32,000 bases of DNA from Breznakia sp. PF5-3 (GTDB taxonomy: Bacteria > Bacillota_I > Bacilli_A > Erysipelotrichales > Erysipelotrichaceae): the NCBI RefSeq assembly GCF_029504745.1, contig NZ_JAQFIQ010000003.1, forward strand, positions 30,001-62,000, written 5' to 3'. The notes under the pieces are model-generated. The model was given only the letters and a program-made list of their open reading frames with translations. It was not told the DNA's origin and ran no database searches. The position numbers and the translations under genes are program-made. Every line of letters begins with the position of its first letter. Positions within the stretch are counted from its first letter, which is position 1. Shown here in pieces: positions 16,667 through 25,250 of this stretch.

Positions 16667-18526
16667 ATGAATGTATTAGATATAAAAAGTCCACAGGATA
16701 TTAAAAATTTGAATATAAATGAACTGGAAGTCTTAAGTGAAGATATCCGGGCTTTTTTAATTGATTCCATCTCAAAGACAGGCGGACATCTATCAAGTAA
16801 TTTGGGGGTTGTTGAATTAACGCTTGCTTTGCACTATGTATTTAATTCCTCAAAAGATAAATTCATTTTTGATGTAGGACATCAAGCTTATATTCACAAG
16901 ATACTTACAGGAAGAGCTAAAGATTTTCCAACCCTACGTCAATATGGAGGAATGTCAGGATTTCAAAAACGCTATGAAAGTGAACATGACCCTTGGGAAG
17001 CAGGACACTCTTCTACATCTTTGAGTGCAGCGTTAGGTTTTGCTGTTGCTAGAGACTTGAATAAGGATGATTTTCAGGTGCTACCAATTATTGGCGATGG
17101 TGCACTATCTAGCGGTATGAGTTTTGAAGCATTAAATCAAATTGGTAGTGAAAATCGTAAGATGATTATCGTTTTTAATGATAATGAAATGTCGATATCA
17201 AAAAATGTTGGTGCAATGTCTCATGTTTATACACGGTTACGTTCTAGCAAAGGATATACAGGGTTGAAAAAGGATCTATCTAGTTATCTTTCTCATAATA
17301 AAGTTGGTAATGTATTATTGGATTCCATGCGTAATATTAAAAACAATATTAAAAATACGGTAGTTGATTCTTCATTTTTTGATGAATTTGGATTGGATTA
17401 TATTGGACCAGTAGATGGTCATGATTTAAAAGAACTTGTAAAGGTTTTTGAAGCAGTTCAACATCATAATGGACCGATTGTTGTACATGTGATTACAACC
17501 AAAGGAAAAGGCTATGAATTTGCAGAGTGTGATCACAGTGGAAAATGGCATGGTGTTGGAAAGTTTAATGTGGAAACTGGACAATCTTTAAGTGCTGTAC
17601 CATTTAATCATCTTGATTGGAGTAGTGTTTTATCAGAAGCGTTAATTGAACTAGCAAGTGAAAATCCAGAGATTTTAGCGATTACTCCAGCTATGAGTAG
17701 TGGTGCAAAATTGGATAAGTTTGCAAAATTATATCCAGGTCGTTTTTTTGATTGTGGAATAGCGGAAGAACATGCATTAACTTTTTCTGCAGCTTTGGCA
17801 TTGAATGGGAAACGTCCATTTATAAATGTGTATTCTTCGTTTTTACAAAGAGCGTATGATCAGATTAATCATGATATAGCAAGGATGAATTTACCTGTTG
17901 TGATTGGTGTAGATCGTGCAGGTATTGTTGGTGAAGATGGTGATACTCACCATGGTGTATTTGATATTTCAGCTTTACGGAGTATTCCAAATCTTATCAT
18001 TACGCAGCCAATGAATGCAGATGAGGCAAGAAATATGTTATTTACAGCGTTTCAAAATACCAAACCTTGGCTTATTCGCGTTCCTCGAGGAACCGTTGAG
18101 TATAAACCAAAACCATTTGAATCTATTGAAATAGGAACTTGGACACGTTGGGATTATAGTGAGAATGTAGAAGCAATTGTAATTGCATATGGAAATGATG
18201 TAGAGAAAATTATTCAAAAAGCAAAAGTGAATGAAATAAATATTGCGGTTATCAATGCTCGGTTTATTAAACCACTAGATGCTAAGATGTTGAAAGGTGT
18301 GTTAAATAGTGATATTCCTCTTATAGTTTACGAAACCGATATGCTAGCTGGAGGTTTTTCAAGTGCTATTTTGGAATTTAAAAATGATCATCATATTACC
18401 AAAGATGTAATTCGTTTTGGAATCCAGGATCATTTTGTAACTCATGGATCAATACCACAACTTCGCAAATCAGAAAAAATTGATATTAATACATTGTTTG
18501 ATGAAATTATAAAGGTTATATCTTAA
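16667..18526 (+). CDS. dxs: 1-deoxy-D-xylulose-5-phosphate synthase
   Basis: GGHLSSNLGVVELT, DVGHQAY.HK, the ThDP motif IGDGALSSGMSFEALN...NDN and GEDGDTHHG. 619 aa. Confidence 0.95.
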   Translation: MNVLDIKSPQDIKNLNINELEVLSEDIRAFLIDSISKTGGHLSSNLGVVELTLALHYVFNSSKDKFIFDVGHQAYIHKILTGRAKDFPTLRQYGGMSGFQKRYESEHDPWEAGHSSTSLSAALGFAVARDLNKDDFQVLPIIGDGALSSGMSFEALNQIGSENRKMIIVFNDNEMSISKNVGAMSHVYTRLRSSKGYTGLKKDLSSYLSHNKVGNVLLDSMRNIKNNIKNTVVDSSFFDEFGLDYIGPVDGHDLKELVKVFEAVQHHNGPIVVHVITTKGKGYEFAECDHSGKWHGVGKFNVETGQSLSAVPFNHLDWSSVLSEALIELASENPEILAITPAMSSGAKLDKFAKLYPGRFFDCGIAEEHALTFSAALALNGKRPFINVYSSFLQRAYDQINHDIARMNLPVVIGVDRAGIVGEDGDTHHGVFDISALRSIPNLIITQPMNADEARNMLFTAFQNTKPWLIRVPRGTVEYKPKPFESIEIGTWTRWDYSENVEAIVIAYGNDVEKIIQKAKVNEINIAVINARFIKPLDAKMLKGVLNSDIPLIVYETDMLAGGFSSAILEFKNDHHITKDVIRFGIQDHFVTHGSIPQLRKSEKIDINTLFDEIIKVIS

Positions 18527-18527
18527 C

Positions 18528-19295
18528 ATGCGTTTAGATGTATATTTGATAACAAACGAATTTTTAAATACTCGCTCACAAGCACAAGATTATATTAAGG
18601 ATGGATATGTCTTAGTAAATGGAAAAATAATATCTAAACCTAGTTATCAAGTTCAAGATGGAGATCATGTTGAAGTTCAAAAAAAGAAATATGATTTTGC
18701 ATCTCGAGCAGGATTGAAATTATTTGATGCACTTGTGGCGTTTGATATTTCATTACAAGATAAAGTAGTCTTAGATATTGGTGCCTCTACTGGAGGGTTT
18801 AGTGATGTTTGTTTACGTCAAGGAGCTAAATATATTTATGCTGTAGATGTTGGGCATGATCAGTTAGTTCCACATTTAAGAAACGATAGTCGAGTTAAAA
18901 ATTTGGAGGGAGTAAATGCCCGTTATTTAGATAAGAATATGTTTGAAGAAAAAATTGATTTTGTGTGTATCGACGTATCTTTTATTTCAGTAAATTTGAT
19001 ATTACCACAATTACTTTCAATTTTGGAAACACCTTATCAATTGATGGTGCTTATTAAGCCTCAATTTGAGGTAGGTAAAGAATATTTGAACAAGCAAGGA
19101 GTGGTACGTGATAAACGTATTCACAAACGCTTATTAAATGATTATATAGCTATATTTAAGAATTATCGCTTGGGGATTAGAGGGATAAAAAAAGCTAGTA
19201 TTCAAGGACGTACAGGAAATCAAGAATATCTTGTTTATTTAGATAGTGAATTGCATAGTAAGGATTTTGATATTACAAGAATAATAAGTGAATAG
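18528..19295 (+). CDS. tlyA: TlyA-family rRNA (cytidine-2'-O)-methyltransferase (YqxC-like)
   Basis: S4-like N-terminus (MRLDVYL...SRSQAQDYIKDGYVLVNGK), the SAM motif LDIGASTGGFSD and DVSFIS. It has the same position as B. subtilis yqxC. Confidence 0.88.
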   Translation: MRLDVYLITNEFLNTRSQAQDYIKDGYVLVNGKIISKPSYQVQDGDHVEVQKKKYDFASRAGLKLFDALVAFDISLQDKVVLDIGASTGGFSDVCLRQGAKYIYAVDVGHDQLVPHLRNDSRVKNLEGVNARYLDKNMFEEKIDFVCIDVSFISVNLILPQLLSILETPYQLMVLIKPQFEVGKEYLNKQGVVRDKRIHKRLLNDYIAIFKNYRLGIRGIKKASIQGRTGNQEYLVYLDSELHSKDFDITRIISE

Positions 19296-19311
19296 AATAG
19301 GAGGAAAAAGA

Positions 19312-20958
19312 ATGATACGAAATATGTATGTGAAGAATTTTGTTTTAATTGATGAACTTCATTTAGATTTTCATTCATCTTTTTCATGTTTCACAGGAGA
19401 AACAGGGGCAGGGAAGTCGTTATTCATCGATGCACTGTCGATTTTGTGTGGTGCTAGGGTTTCTTCTTCCTATATTCAAAAAGGCGCTGAGAAGGCGTTT
19501 ATTGAAGCGATGATTGATATTTCTAATTCTCATCCAAGCTATTTTGTTTTAAAAGAGGCTGGATATGAGGTTGAAGATGAATATATTGTTATTTCTCGTG
19601 AGTTTGCTAAGGATGGAAAAAGCGTAGCTCGTATAAACGGACGTGTTTGTACAGTATCATTAGTAAAAGAAATATTAAGTGATATTATTGACATTCATTC
19701 GCAACATGATTCACAGTATTTATTAAATAGTAAAAACCACTTATCTTTATTGGATAGTTTCACAAATGATTTTGAGCTTTTACATAACGTAAAATCAGCA
19801 TATCAAAAATATCGTGATTATCAAAAAGAACTAGAAGAAATTTTGGAAGAACAATTTAATTTAGATGATTTAGAATTTTACCAATTCCAGTTGCAAGAGA
19901 TTGATACATTGGATGTAAAAGATGGTGAAATTGAAGAGCTGGAACAAATTCAAAAGGAAATGGGTTCTTTTGAAAAAATATCATCAAAATTGCAAAACGC
20001 AATACAGTTGATAGAGTCCAGTAATTATGAAAATCTTTACACATTACAAAAAGAGTTGGATGAAATTGAAAATGATACAGTTCAAAAAGTAAAAGAAGAG
20101 TTTATAAATGCTTATTATATTGTAGAAGAGCGTTTTGAAGAGTTAAAACAATATACAAATTCTTTGGAGTATGATGAAGATCGATTTAATCAAGTACAAG
20201 AGCGATTATACGAGATTAATAAGTTAATTAGAAAACATGGGAATTCATGGGATGATGTTTTAAAAAAAGCAGATGAGATTCAAACTAAAATAAGTCGTAT
20301 GAAAGATCGCGATAAGGTAATTGAAGAAAAGAAAAAAAATATCGATAAAGCATATAATGAATTTTATGAAGTATCTGTTAAGATGCGAGAAAAGCGTAAA
20401 AAAGCTGCTAAGATATTAGAGGTACAGATAAAAGAAGAACTTCATGATTTGCATTTAGAAAATGCTGATTTCAAAATCGATTTCAAAGAAAATGATAGTC
20501 GTTATGGAATTGATCAAGTAGAGTTTTATATTTCGATGAATCGTGGTGAAGATTTAAGACCACTAGCAAAGGTTATTTCTGGTGGGGAATTATCACGTTT
20601 GATGTTAGGCTTAAAGGTGATTTTTAGTAAGTTACAGCATATTCAAACAATTGTCTTCGATGAAATTGATACAGGAGTAAGTGGAAATGTAGCATATGCA
20701 ATAGGGAAAAAGATGAAAAAATTAGCAAACGATACACAAGTATTTTCTATTACTCATCTAGCTCCTGTTGCTGCATGGGGAGATTATCATTATCTAGTTG
20801 AAAAAGAAGAAAAAGATGGAAAGACTATTAGCTCTATTCATCAGTTAGATGAACAAGAGCGTATTCATGAGCTAGCTTCTATCGCTAGTAATTCTAATAG
20901 TGAGCAGGCTTTAAATGCAGCTCGTGAGCTTTATGATTCATGTCGAAATGACACATGA
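19312..20958 (+). CDS. recN: DNA repair protein RecN
   Basis: Walker A GETGAGKS, a long coiled coil, the signature ISGGELSR and Walker B IVFDEIDTG. Start is ATG 19312 behind the RBS aggagg. Confidence 0.93.
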   Translation: MIRNMYVKNFVLIDELHLDFHSSFSCFTGETGAGKSLFIDALSILCGARVSSSYIQKGAEKAFIEAMIDISNSHPSYFVLKEAGYEVEDEYIVISREFAKDGKSVARINGRVCTVSLVKEILSDIIDIHSQHDSQYLLNSKNHLSLLDSFTNDFELLHNVKSAYQKYRDYQKELEEILEEQFNLDDLEFYQFQLQEIDTLDVKDGEIEELEQIQKEMGSFEKISSKLQNAIQLIESSNYENLYTLQKELDEIENDTVQKVKEEFINAYYIVEERFEELKQYTNSLEYDEDRFNQVQERLYEINKLIRKHGNSWDDVLKKADEIQTKISRMKDRDKVIEEKKKNIDKAYNEFYEVSVKMREKRKKAAKILEVQIKEELHDLHLENADFKIDFKENDSRYGIDQVEFYISMNRGEDLRPLAKVISGGELSRLMLGLKVIFSKLQHIQTIVFDEIDTGVSGNVAYAIGKKMKKLANDTQVFSITHLAPVAAWGDYHYLVEKEEKDGKTISSIHQLDEQERIHELASIASNSNSEQALNAARELYDSCRNDT

Positions 20959-20975
20959 TATAATGTGTCATTTTT
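20948..20975 (+). terminator. Rho-independent terminator after recN
   Basis: Stem atgacacat (20948-20956) / atgtgtcat (20963-20971) followed by tttt. It overlaps the recN stop. Confidence 0.65.
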
Positions 20976-20998
20976 CATAACTAAAAGGAGGTGACAAC

Positions 20999-22171
20999 AT
21001 GGCGAAGGTAATATTTCATATAGATTTAAATGCATATTATGCAAGTGCAGAGGTATTGCGAAATAGCGCACTAGAAGGACAACCAGTAGTCGTTGGTGGT
21101 TTATCTAAGCGAAGTGTTGTGTGTACTGCATCCTATGAAGCAAGAGCTTATGGAGTACATGCTGCTATGCCTTTACATGAGGCTTATAAAAAATGTCCAG
21201 ATCTTGTTGTTGTTGAAGGGGATCATGAGTATTATCGGATGTTATCCAAAAAATTCTTTGCATTTATAAAAACCTATTCACCTTTTGTAGAAGTAGCAAG
21301 TATAGATGAATGTTATGTTGATATGAGTGAAGTGATAAAGAATTATAAGCGTCCACTTGATTTGGCATGGGAAATTCAACAAAAACTACGTTCAGAGTTA
21401 AAACTAAAGTGTAGTATTGGTATAGCTCCTACAAAATTTCTTGCGAAAATGGCTTCAGATCGATATAAACCAATGGGAATATATATTATTCGAAAACAAG
21501 AAGTAAGTAATAAACTTTGGAACCTTCCTATCCGTGATATGCTGGGGATTGGAAAAAAAACTGCGCCATTGTTAGTGAAAAATGGCATTGAAACAATTGG
21601 GGATCTTTTAAAAGAAGAAAATCAAGGTGTCGTCCATCAATATCTTGGTAAACAGGCATATCAGGTATTACAGCAAATTCAAGGAAATAGTAGTGATGAA
21701 ATCAATTTTTCACATACTGTACAATCTATTTCACAATCAACAACAATTAACCATGATGTTGAAGATTATACAGAAATAACCCAAATACTGAGGAGATTGG
21801 CACAAAGTTTAGCAGAACGAGCAAAAACCAAATCAATTAGTGGGAAATTAATATCTTTATCAATTCGTTATTTTGATTTTCGAAATGTAGTTCGTTCAAT
21901 CAATTTAGAAGGATATACAAACGATTCAGATAAATTGTATGAAAATGCAATTTCACTTTTTGATGAACATGCAGAAGAACTTCCGATTCGTCATCTAGGA
22001 ATTGGATTAGGAAGTTTGCAATCGGATAAAGAAAGAATAGATCAACTATCTTTATTTCAAACAAGTAAACCGTCTTCAAACAACGTTGATGTATTAGAAG
22101 AATTGAATAAAGAAATTGTTGGGAAGCCCCTTGTTTATGCATCTTCATTATTAGATAAAGATGGAAAATGA
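20999..22171 (+). CDS. dinB: DNA polymerase IV (Y-family)
   Basis: IFHIDLNAYYASAE, SIDECYVDM and GIAPTKFLAKMASD. RBS is aaaggaggtga. Confidence 0.92.
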   Translation: MAKVIFHIDLNAYYASAEVLRNSALEGQPVVVGGLSKRSVVCTASYEARAYGVHAAMPLHEAYKKCPDLVVVEGDHEYYRMLSKKFFAFIKTYSPFVEVASIDECYVDMSEVIKNYKRPLDLAWEIQQKLRSELKLKCSIGIAPTKFLAKMASDRYKPMGIYIIRKQEVSNKLWNLPIRDMLGIGKKTAPLLVKNGIETIGDLLKEENQGVVHQYLGKQAYQVLQQIQGNSSDEINFSHTVQSISQSTTINHDVEDYTEITQILRRLAQSLAERAKTKSISGKLISLSIRYFDFRNVVRSINLEGYTNDSDKLYENAISLFDEHAEELPIRHLGIGLGSLQSDKERIDQLSLFQTSKPSSNNVDVLEELNKEIVGKPLVYASSLLDKDGK

Positions 22172-22193
22172 TATACTATAAATAGGTGATAAG

Positions 22194-23093
22194 ATGAAAA
22201 TTAAAGAAGGTATCGAAAATTATATTCATTATATTAGTGTTATTGATCAAAAAGCATTAACAACGATTGATAATTATAAGAATGATCTTTTGCAATATGA
22301 AAAATATTTACAAGAACAAGGTGTCAATGAATTAGAAGCGATCGATTATTCTAAGATTGAAGCTTTTATTTTACATGAATCACAATCGAAAAAAACAAAT
22401 TCAATTAATAGAATGGTGGTTTCTATTCGTAATTTTCATAATTATATCACTTATAATTACACACAAATTGCGAATCCTGCTTTATTTCTAAAATTAAGTA
22501 AAAAAGGAAAAAAACTTCCAAATTTTATGAATGAAAGCGATATAGAGATGTTTTTAGGCTCTTTTGATGATCAAGATGATATTGGTATGTATCACCATTG
22601 CATTATTGAATTGATGTATGGTTGTGGATTGCGTGTTAGTGAAGTATGCGATATGAAATTAAATCAATTGCACCTTCAACAAGGTTTTCTTCGTTGTATG
22701 GGGAAAGGTTCAAAAGAACGAATGGTCCCAATTAATGATATTGCAAAGCGGTATTTACAAATCTATATTGAAAATGTTCGAGTAAAATGGAATAAGAAAA
22801 ATTTACCTTTTGTATTTGTGAATCATCTTGGAAATAAATTGAATCGTCAATATGTTCATAAAATAATCAAGCAAAAACTTATCGATTTAGATTTAAATAA
22901 TAAAATTTCAGCACACAGTTTCCGACATAGTTTTGCAACACATTTGTTGAATGGGGGAGCCGATTTACGAAGTGTTCAAGAGTTGTTGGGACATAGTGAT
23001 ATAGCAACAACACAAATATACACACATGTGCAAACATCTAGATTGAAAGAAGCTTATTTACAAGCGCATCCAAGAGGGAAAAAACAAAAATAA
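22194..23093 (+). CDS. xerD: Tyrosine recombinase, XerD/XerC family
   Basis: SAM-like N-domain. Catalytic residues are present in GLRVSE, HSFRHSFATHLL and LGHSDIATTQIYTHV. 299 aa. A dif site lies about 1 kb downstream. I cannot assign XerD versus XerC from sequence alone. Confidence 0.8.
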   Translation: MKIKEGIENYIHYISVIDQKALTTIDNYKNDLLQYEKYLQEQGVNELEAIDYSKIEAFILHESQSKKTNSINRMVVSIRNFHNYITYNYTQIANPALFLKLSKKGKKLPNFMNESDIEMFLGSFDDQDDIGMYHHCIIELMYGCGLRVSEVCDMKLNQLHLQQGFLRCMGKGSKERMVPINDIAKRYLQIYIENVRVKWNKKNLPFVFVNHLGNKLNRQYVHKIIKQKLIDLDLNNKISAHSFRHSFATHLLNGGADLRSVQELLGHSDIATTQIYTHVQTSRLKEAYLQAHPRGKKQK

Positions 23094-23119
23094 TTTTTTC
23101 AATAATATATAAAATCACC

Positions 23120-23162
23120 AAATGCAAATCGATTAACATAATATTGTGATTTGCATTTTTTT
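23120..23162 (+). terminator. Rho-independent terminator after xerD
   Basis: 11-bp stem aaatgcaaatc (23120-23130) / gatttgcattt (23148-23158) with a 17-nt loop, then a T-run. Confidence 0.6.
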
Positions 23163-23215
23163 ATATTAATCTATTATTCGATATAAAATAATATAGACAA
23201 AATAAGTAAAATTAA

Positions 23216-23244
23216 TTGAATATATAAACATATTATGATATTGT
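23216..23244 (+). promoter_or_regulatory. Promoter TTGAAT-17-TATTGT (with TGn) for the DUF2087-type gene
   Basis: -35 TTGAAT at 23216-23221, a 17-nt spacer ending in tga, and -10 TATTGT at 23239-23244. The RBS aaggag and ATG 23273 follow. Confidence 0.5.
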
Positions 23245-23272
23245 TTATATATAATGACAAAGGAGAATAAAT

Positions 23273-24010
23273 ATGAAAAATATAGATAATTTAACTCTGA
23301 AAGATTTAAAGAATGGATATGAATTATGTGATAATAGTTATAAATGTATTTTTTGTGATGAAGAATTTCAAAATGGTGAAATTTATAAGCATGAAGATCG
23401 TTTTTATGATGCTAAGGCAATGGTTAAAAATCATATACATGATGTGCACAATAGTGTTTTATATGAATTATTAGAACTTGATAAAAAACAGAATATGCTT
23501 AGTAGCGTTCAAAAAAGAATGCTTTCATACTTTGCAGCAAAAAAAACAGATAAAGAAATTTCGGAATTAACTAAGACATCATTGTCAACGGTTCGCCAGC
23601 AACGTTATCAATTAAAAGAAAAAGCACGGCAAGCCAAAGTTTTATTGGCTATATACGAGCTCTCAGCGGACGCGAAAGACTTTAAAGCGTACATTGATAT
23701 ACATCAAAGCGCGAGAATGGTTGATGATCGCTATTTAACAACACTAAAAGAAGAACAAGAAATTTTGAATAAGGTATTTGAATTTGACCCTAAACTTAGA
23801 ATGAAAGTGTTTCCGGCAAAACAAAAACAAAAAGTTGTTGTATTAAAGAGGATTGCTGAACAACTATGCGATGATAAAAAATATACAGAGAAAGAGATCA
23901 ATATGTTTTTAGAGTCAATATATGATGATTATGTCACATTGAGAAGGTATTTAATAGAATATGGTTTTTTAGAACGTACAGATGATGGACAATGGTATTG
24001 GAAGCCTTAA
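23273..24010 (+). CDS. Putative transcriptional regulator: Cys/His zinc-finger-like N-terminus, HTH, and DUF2087-like C-terminus
   Basis: The N-terminus has C19/C25-x2-C28 ... H54-x-H56-x2-H59. A LuxR/sigma-r4-like HTH follows (QKRMLSYFAAKKTDKEISELTKTSLSTVRQQRYQLKEKARQAK). The C-terminus (VFPAKQKQKVVVLKRIAE...KYTEKEIN..L....DDYVTLRRYLIEYGFLERTDDG..Y) looks like the DUF2087 family as I remember it. The gene is monocistronic, with its own promoter and terminator. Confidence 0.65.
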   Translation: MKNIDNLTLKDLKNGYELCDNSYKCIFCDEEFQNGEIYKHEDRFYDAKAMVKNHIHDVHNSVLYELLELDKKQNMLSSVQKRMLSYFAAKKTDKEISELTKTSLSTVRQQRYQLKEKARQAKVLLAIYELSADAKDFKAYIDIHQSARMVDDRYLTTLKEEQEILNKVFEFDPKLRMKVFPAKQKQKVVVLKRIAEQLCDDKKYTEKEINMFLESIYDDYVTLRRYLIEYGFLERTDDGQWYWKP

Positions 24011-24033
24011 ATATGATAATTTAGTATATATAA

Positions 24034-24061
24034 AAATTACATAATATACATTATGCGAAGT
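24034..24061. other. dif: dif chromosome-dimer resolution site (XerC/XerD target)
   Basis: The reverse complement ACTTCGCATAA-TGTATA-TTATGTAATTT has the 11+6+11 architecture. It matches the B. subtilis dif as I recall it (ACTTCCTAGAA-TATATA-TTATGTAAACT) at 22 of 28 positions, including the conserved TTATGTAA XerD arm. It lies in the convergent gap where gene orientation flips. Confidence 0.75.
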
Positions 24062-24102
24062 AAAGTATATTTATAATCAGAATATGAAAGGGTTTAATTA
24101 AT

Positions 24103-24143
24103 AAAAAAACAGTTACCTACTTTTAAAAGTGATAACTGTTTTT
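24103..24143. terminator. Bidirectional terminator (DUF2087-type gene on +, hup on -)
   Basis: Arms aaaaacagtta (24105-24115) / taactgttttt (24133-24143) with additional inner pairing acttt/aaagt. The A/T runs give a T-tract on both strands. Confidence 0.65.
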
Positions 24144-24175
24144 CTATTTATAATTATTTTTAAATGTAACTACTT

Positions 24176-24457
24176 TTACTTAACTGCTTCTTTGAATGCT
24201 TTTGCTGCTTTGAATTTTGGTGCTTTAGAAGCTGCGATTTGAAGCTTTTCACCAGTTGCTGGGTTAACCCCTTGGCGAGCAGCTCTTTCAACTACTTCAA
24301 ATTTACCAAAACCAGAAATATCAACTTTTCCACCTTTTGCTACAGCATTAGTAATTTCTTCGAAAACTGTTTCAACAGCAGTAGTTGCATCTTTCTTAGT
24401 TACTCCAATTTTTTCGGCCAATACTTCAGCCAACGCTTTTTTGTTTAATGTTTCCAT
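24176..24457 (-). CDS. hup: DNA-binding protein HU
   Basis: 93 aa with GFGKFEVVERAARQGVNPATGEKLQIAASKAPKFKAAKAFKEAV, the classic HU arm. RBS is ggaggta. Confidence 0.95.
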   Translation of the reverse strand: METLNKKALAEVLAEKIGVTKKDATTAVETVFEEITNAVAKGGKVDISGFGKFEVVERAARQGVNPATGEKLQIAASKAPKFKAAKAFKEAVK

Positions 24458-24484
24458 ATCTTATACCTCCGAACATCTAAATAC

Positions 24485-24513
24485 ATTATATTACTCACAA
24501 CTTTAAAAAGCAA
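24485..24513 (-). promoter_or_regulatory. Promoter TTGCTT-17-TATAAT for hup (minus strand)
   Basis: Read on the minus strand, -35 TTGCTT is at 24513-24508, the spacer is 17 nt, and -10 TATAAT is at 24490-24485. Confidence 0.55.
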
Positions 24514-24541
24514 CCAATTTAATAGGAATATTAAGCTTTTT

Positions 24542-25246
24542 TTATACTTTCATTAAATCTAAAACAACTTCCCCAGCAATCATGATTCCAGCCACATTAG
24601 GGACAAAAGCAACACTACCTGGTATTTGCTTTCTTGAGCTTGTTTCATTGCTCTCAAAGGGCTTTATAGGCTTTTCAGAAGATGCTAGTACTTTCACTTT
24701 GTTTATATGTCGTTTTTTTAATTCTCGTCGCATAACTTTTGCTAAGGGACAATATGATGTTTTGGATATATCACAAATTTCTAGTTTGGATGGATCCAAC
24801 TTATTTCCTGTACCCATGGAACTAATTATTTGAATATTTAAGGTTTTTGCTTTTTCAATTAATAATATTTTAGCACTAATAGTATCAATGGCATCTACAA
24901 TATAATCAAACGTATGAAAATCAAAGGTATCAATGGTATCTTCTAATACAAATGTTTTATATGTATGAACGACAACATCAGGATTGATATCTAATAACCG
25001 TTTTTTCATGACATCTACTTTATATTGATTAAGCGTTGAATGAAGAGCAATAATTTGACGGTTTAAATTAGTTAAACTAACAGTATCATTGTCAATAATA
25101 GTAATCTCCCCTACTCCACTGCGAACTAATGTTTCAATGCAATTTCCACCAACGCCACCAACTCCAAATATAGCAACATGTGACTTGTTTAATTTCTTAA
25201 TACCATCATTGCCCAATAGCATTTGTGATCTTGAGAAAGCATTCAT
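24542..25246 (-). CDS. tcdA: tRNA threonylcarbamoyladenosine dehydratase (ThiF/E1-like, TcdA/YrvM family)
   Basis: Rossmann motif VAIFGVGGVGG, IIDNDTVSLTNLNRQ, and a size of 234 aa. Confidence 0.8.
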   Translation of the reverse strand: MNAFSRSQMLLGNDGIKKLNKSHVAIFGVGGVGGNCIETLVRSGVGEITIIDNDTVSLTNLNRQIIALHSTLNQYKVDVMKKRLLDINPDVVVHTYKTFVLEDTIDTFDFHTFDYIVDAIDTISAKILLIEKAKTLNIQIISSMGTGNKLDPSKLEICDISKTSYCPLAKVMRRELKKRHINKVKVLASSEKPIKPFESNETSSRKQIPGSVAFVPNVAGIMIAGEVVLDLMKV

Positions 25247-25250
25247 TTAA

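Noticed and set aside
20959-20998. LexA/DinR SOS box (GAAC-N4-GTTC type) upstream of dinB, and likewise upstream of recN
   Set aside because: No such palindrome is visible in the short intergenic regions before dinB (20959..20998) or recN (19296..19311), so SOS regulation cannot be claimed from this sequence.
22194-23093. Tyrosine recombinase as a marker of an integrated phage or mobile element
   Set aside because: The sequence and size fit chromosomal XerC/D, and a bona fide dif site is adjacent. I see no phage, transposase or conjugation genes. The only candidate flanking att-like repeat is the weak half-site at 23131..23158, which I report separately as a low-confidence finding.
24239-24448. 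69-aa plus-strand ORF inside hup
   Set aside because: It is antisense to a textbook HU gene and has neither an RBS nor a recognisable motif.
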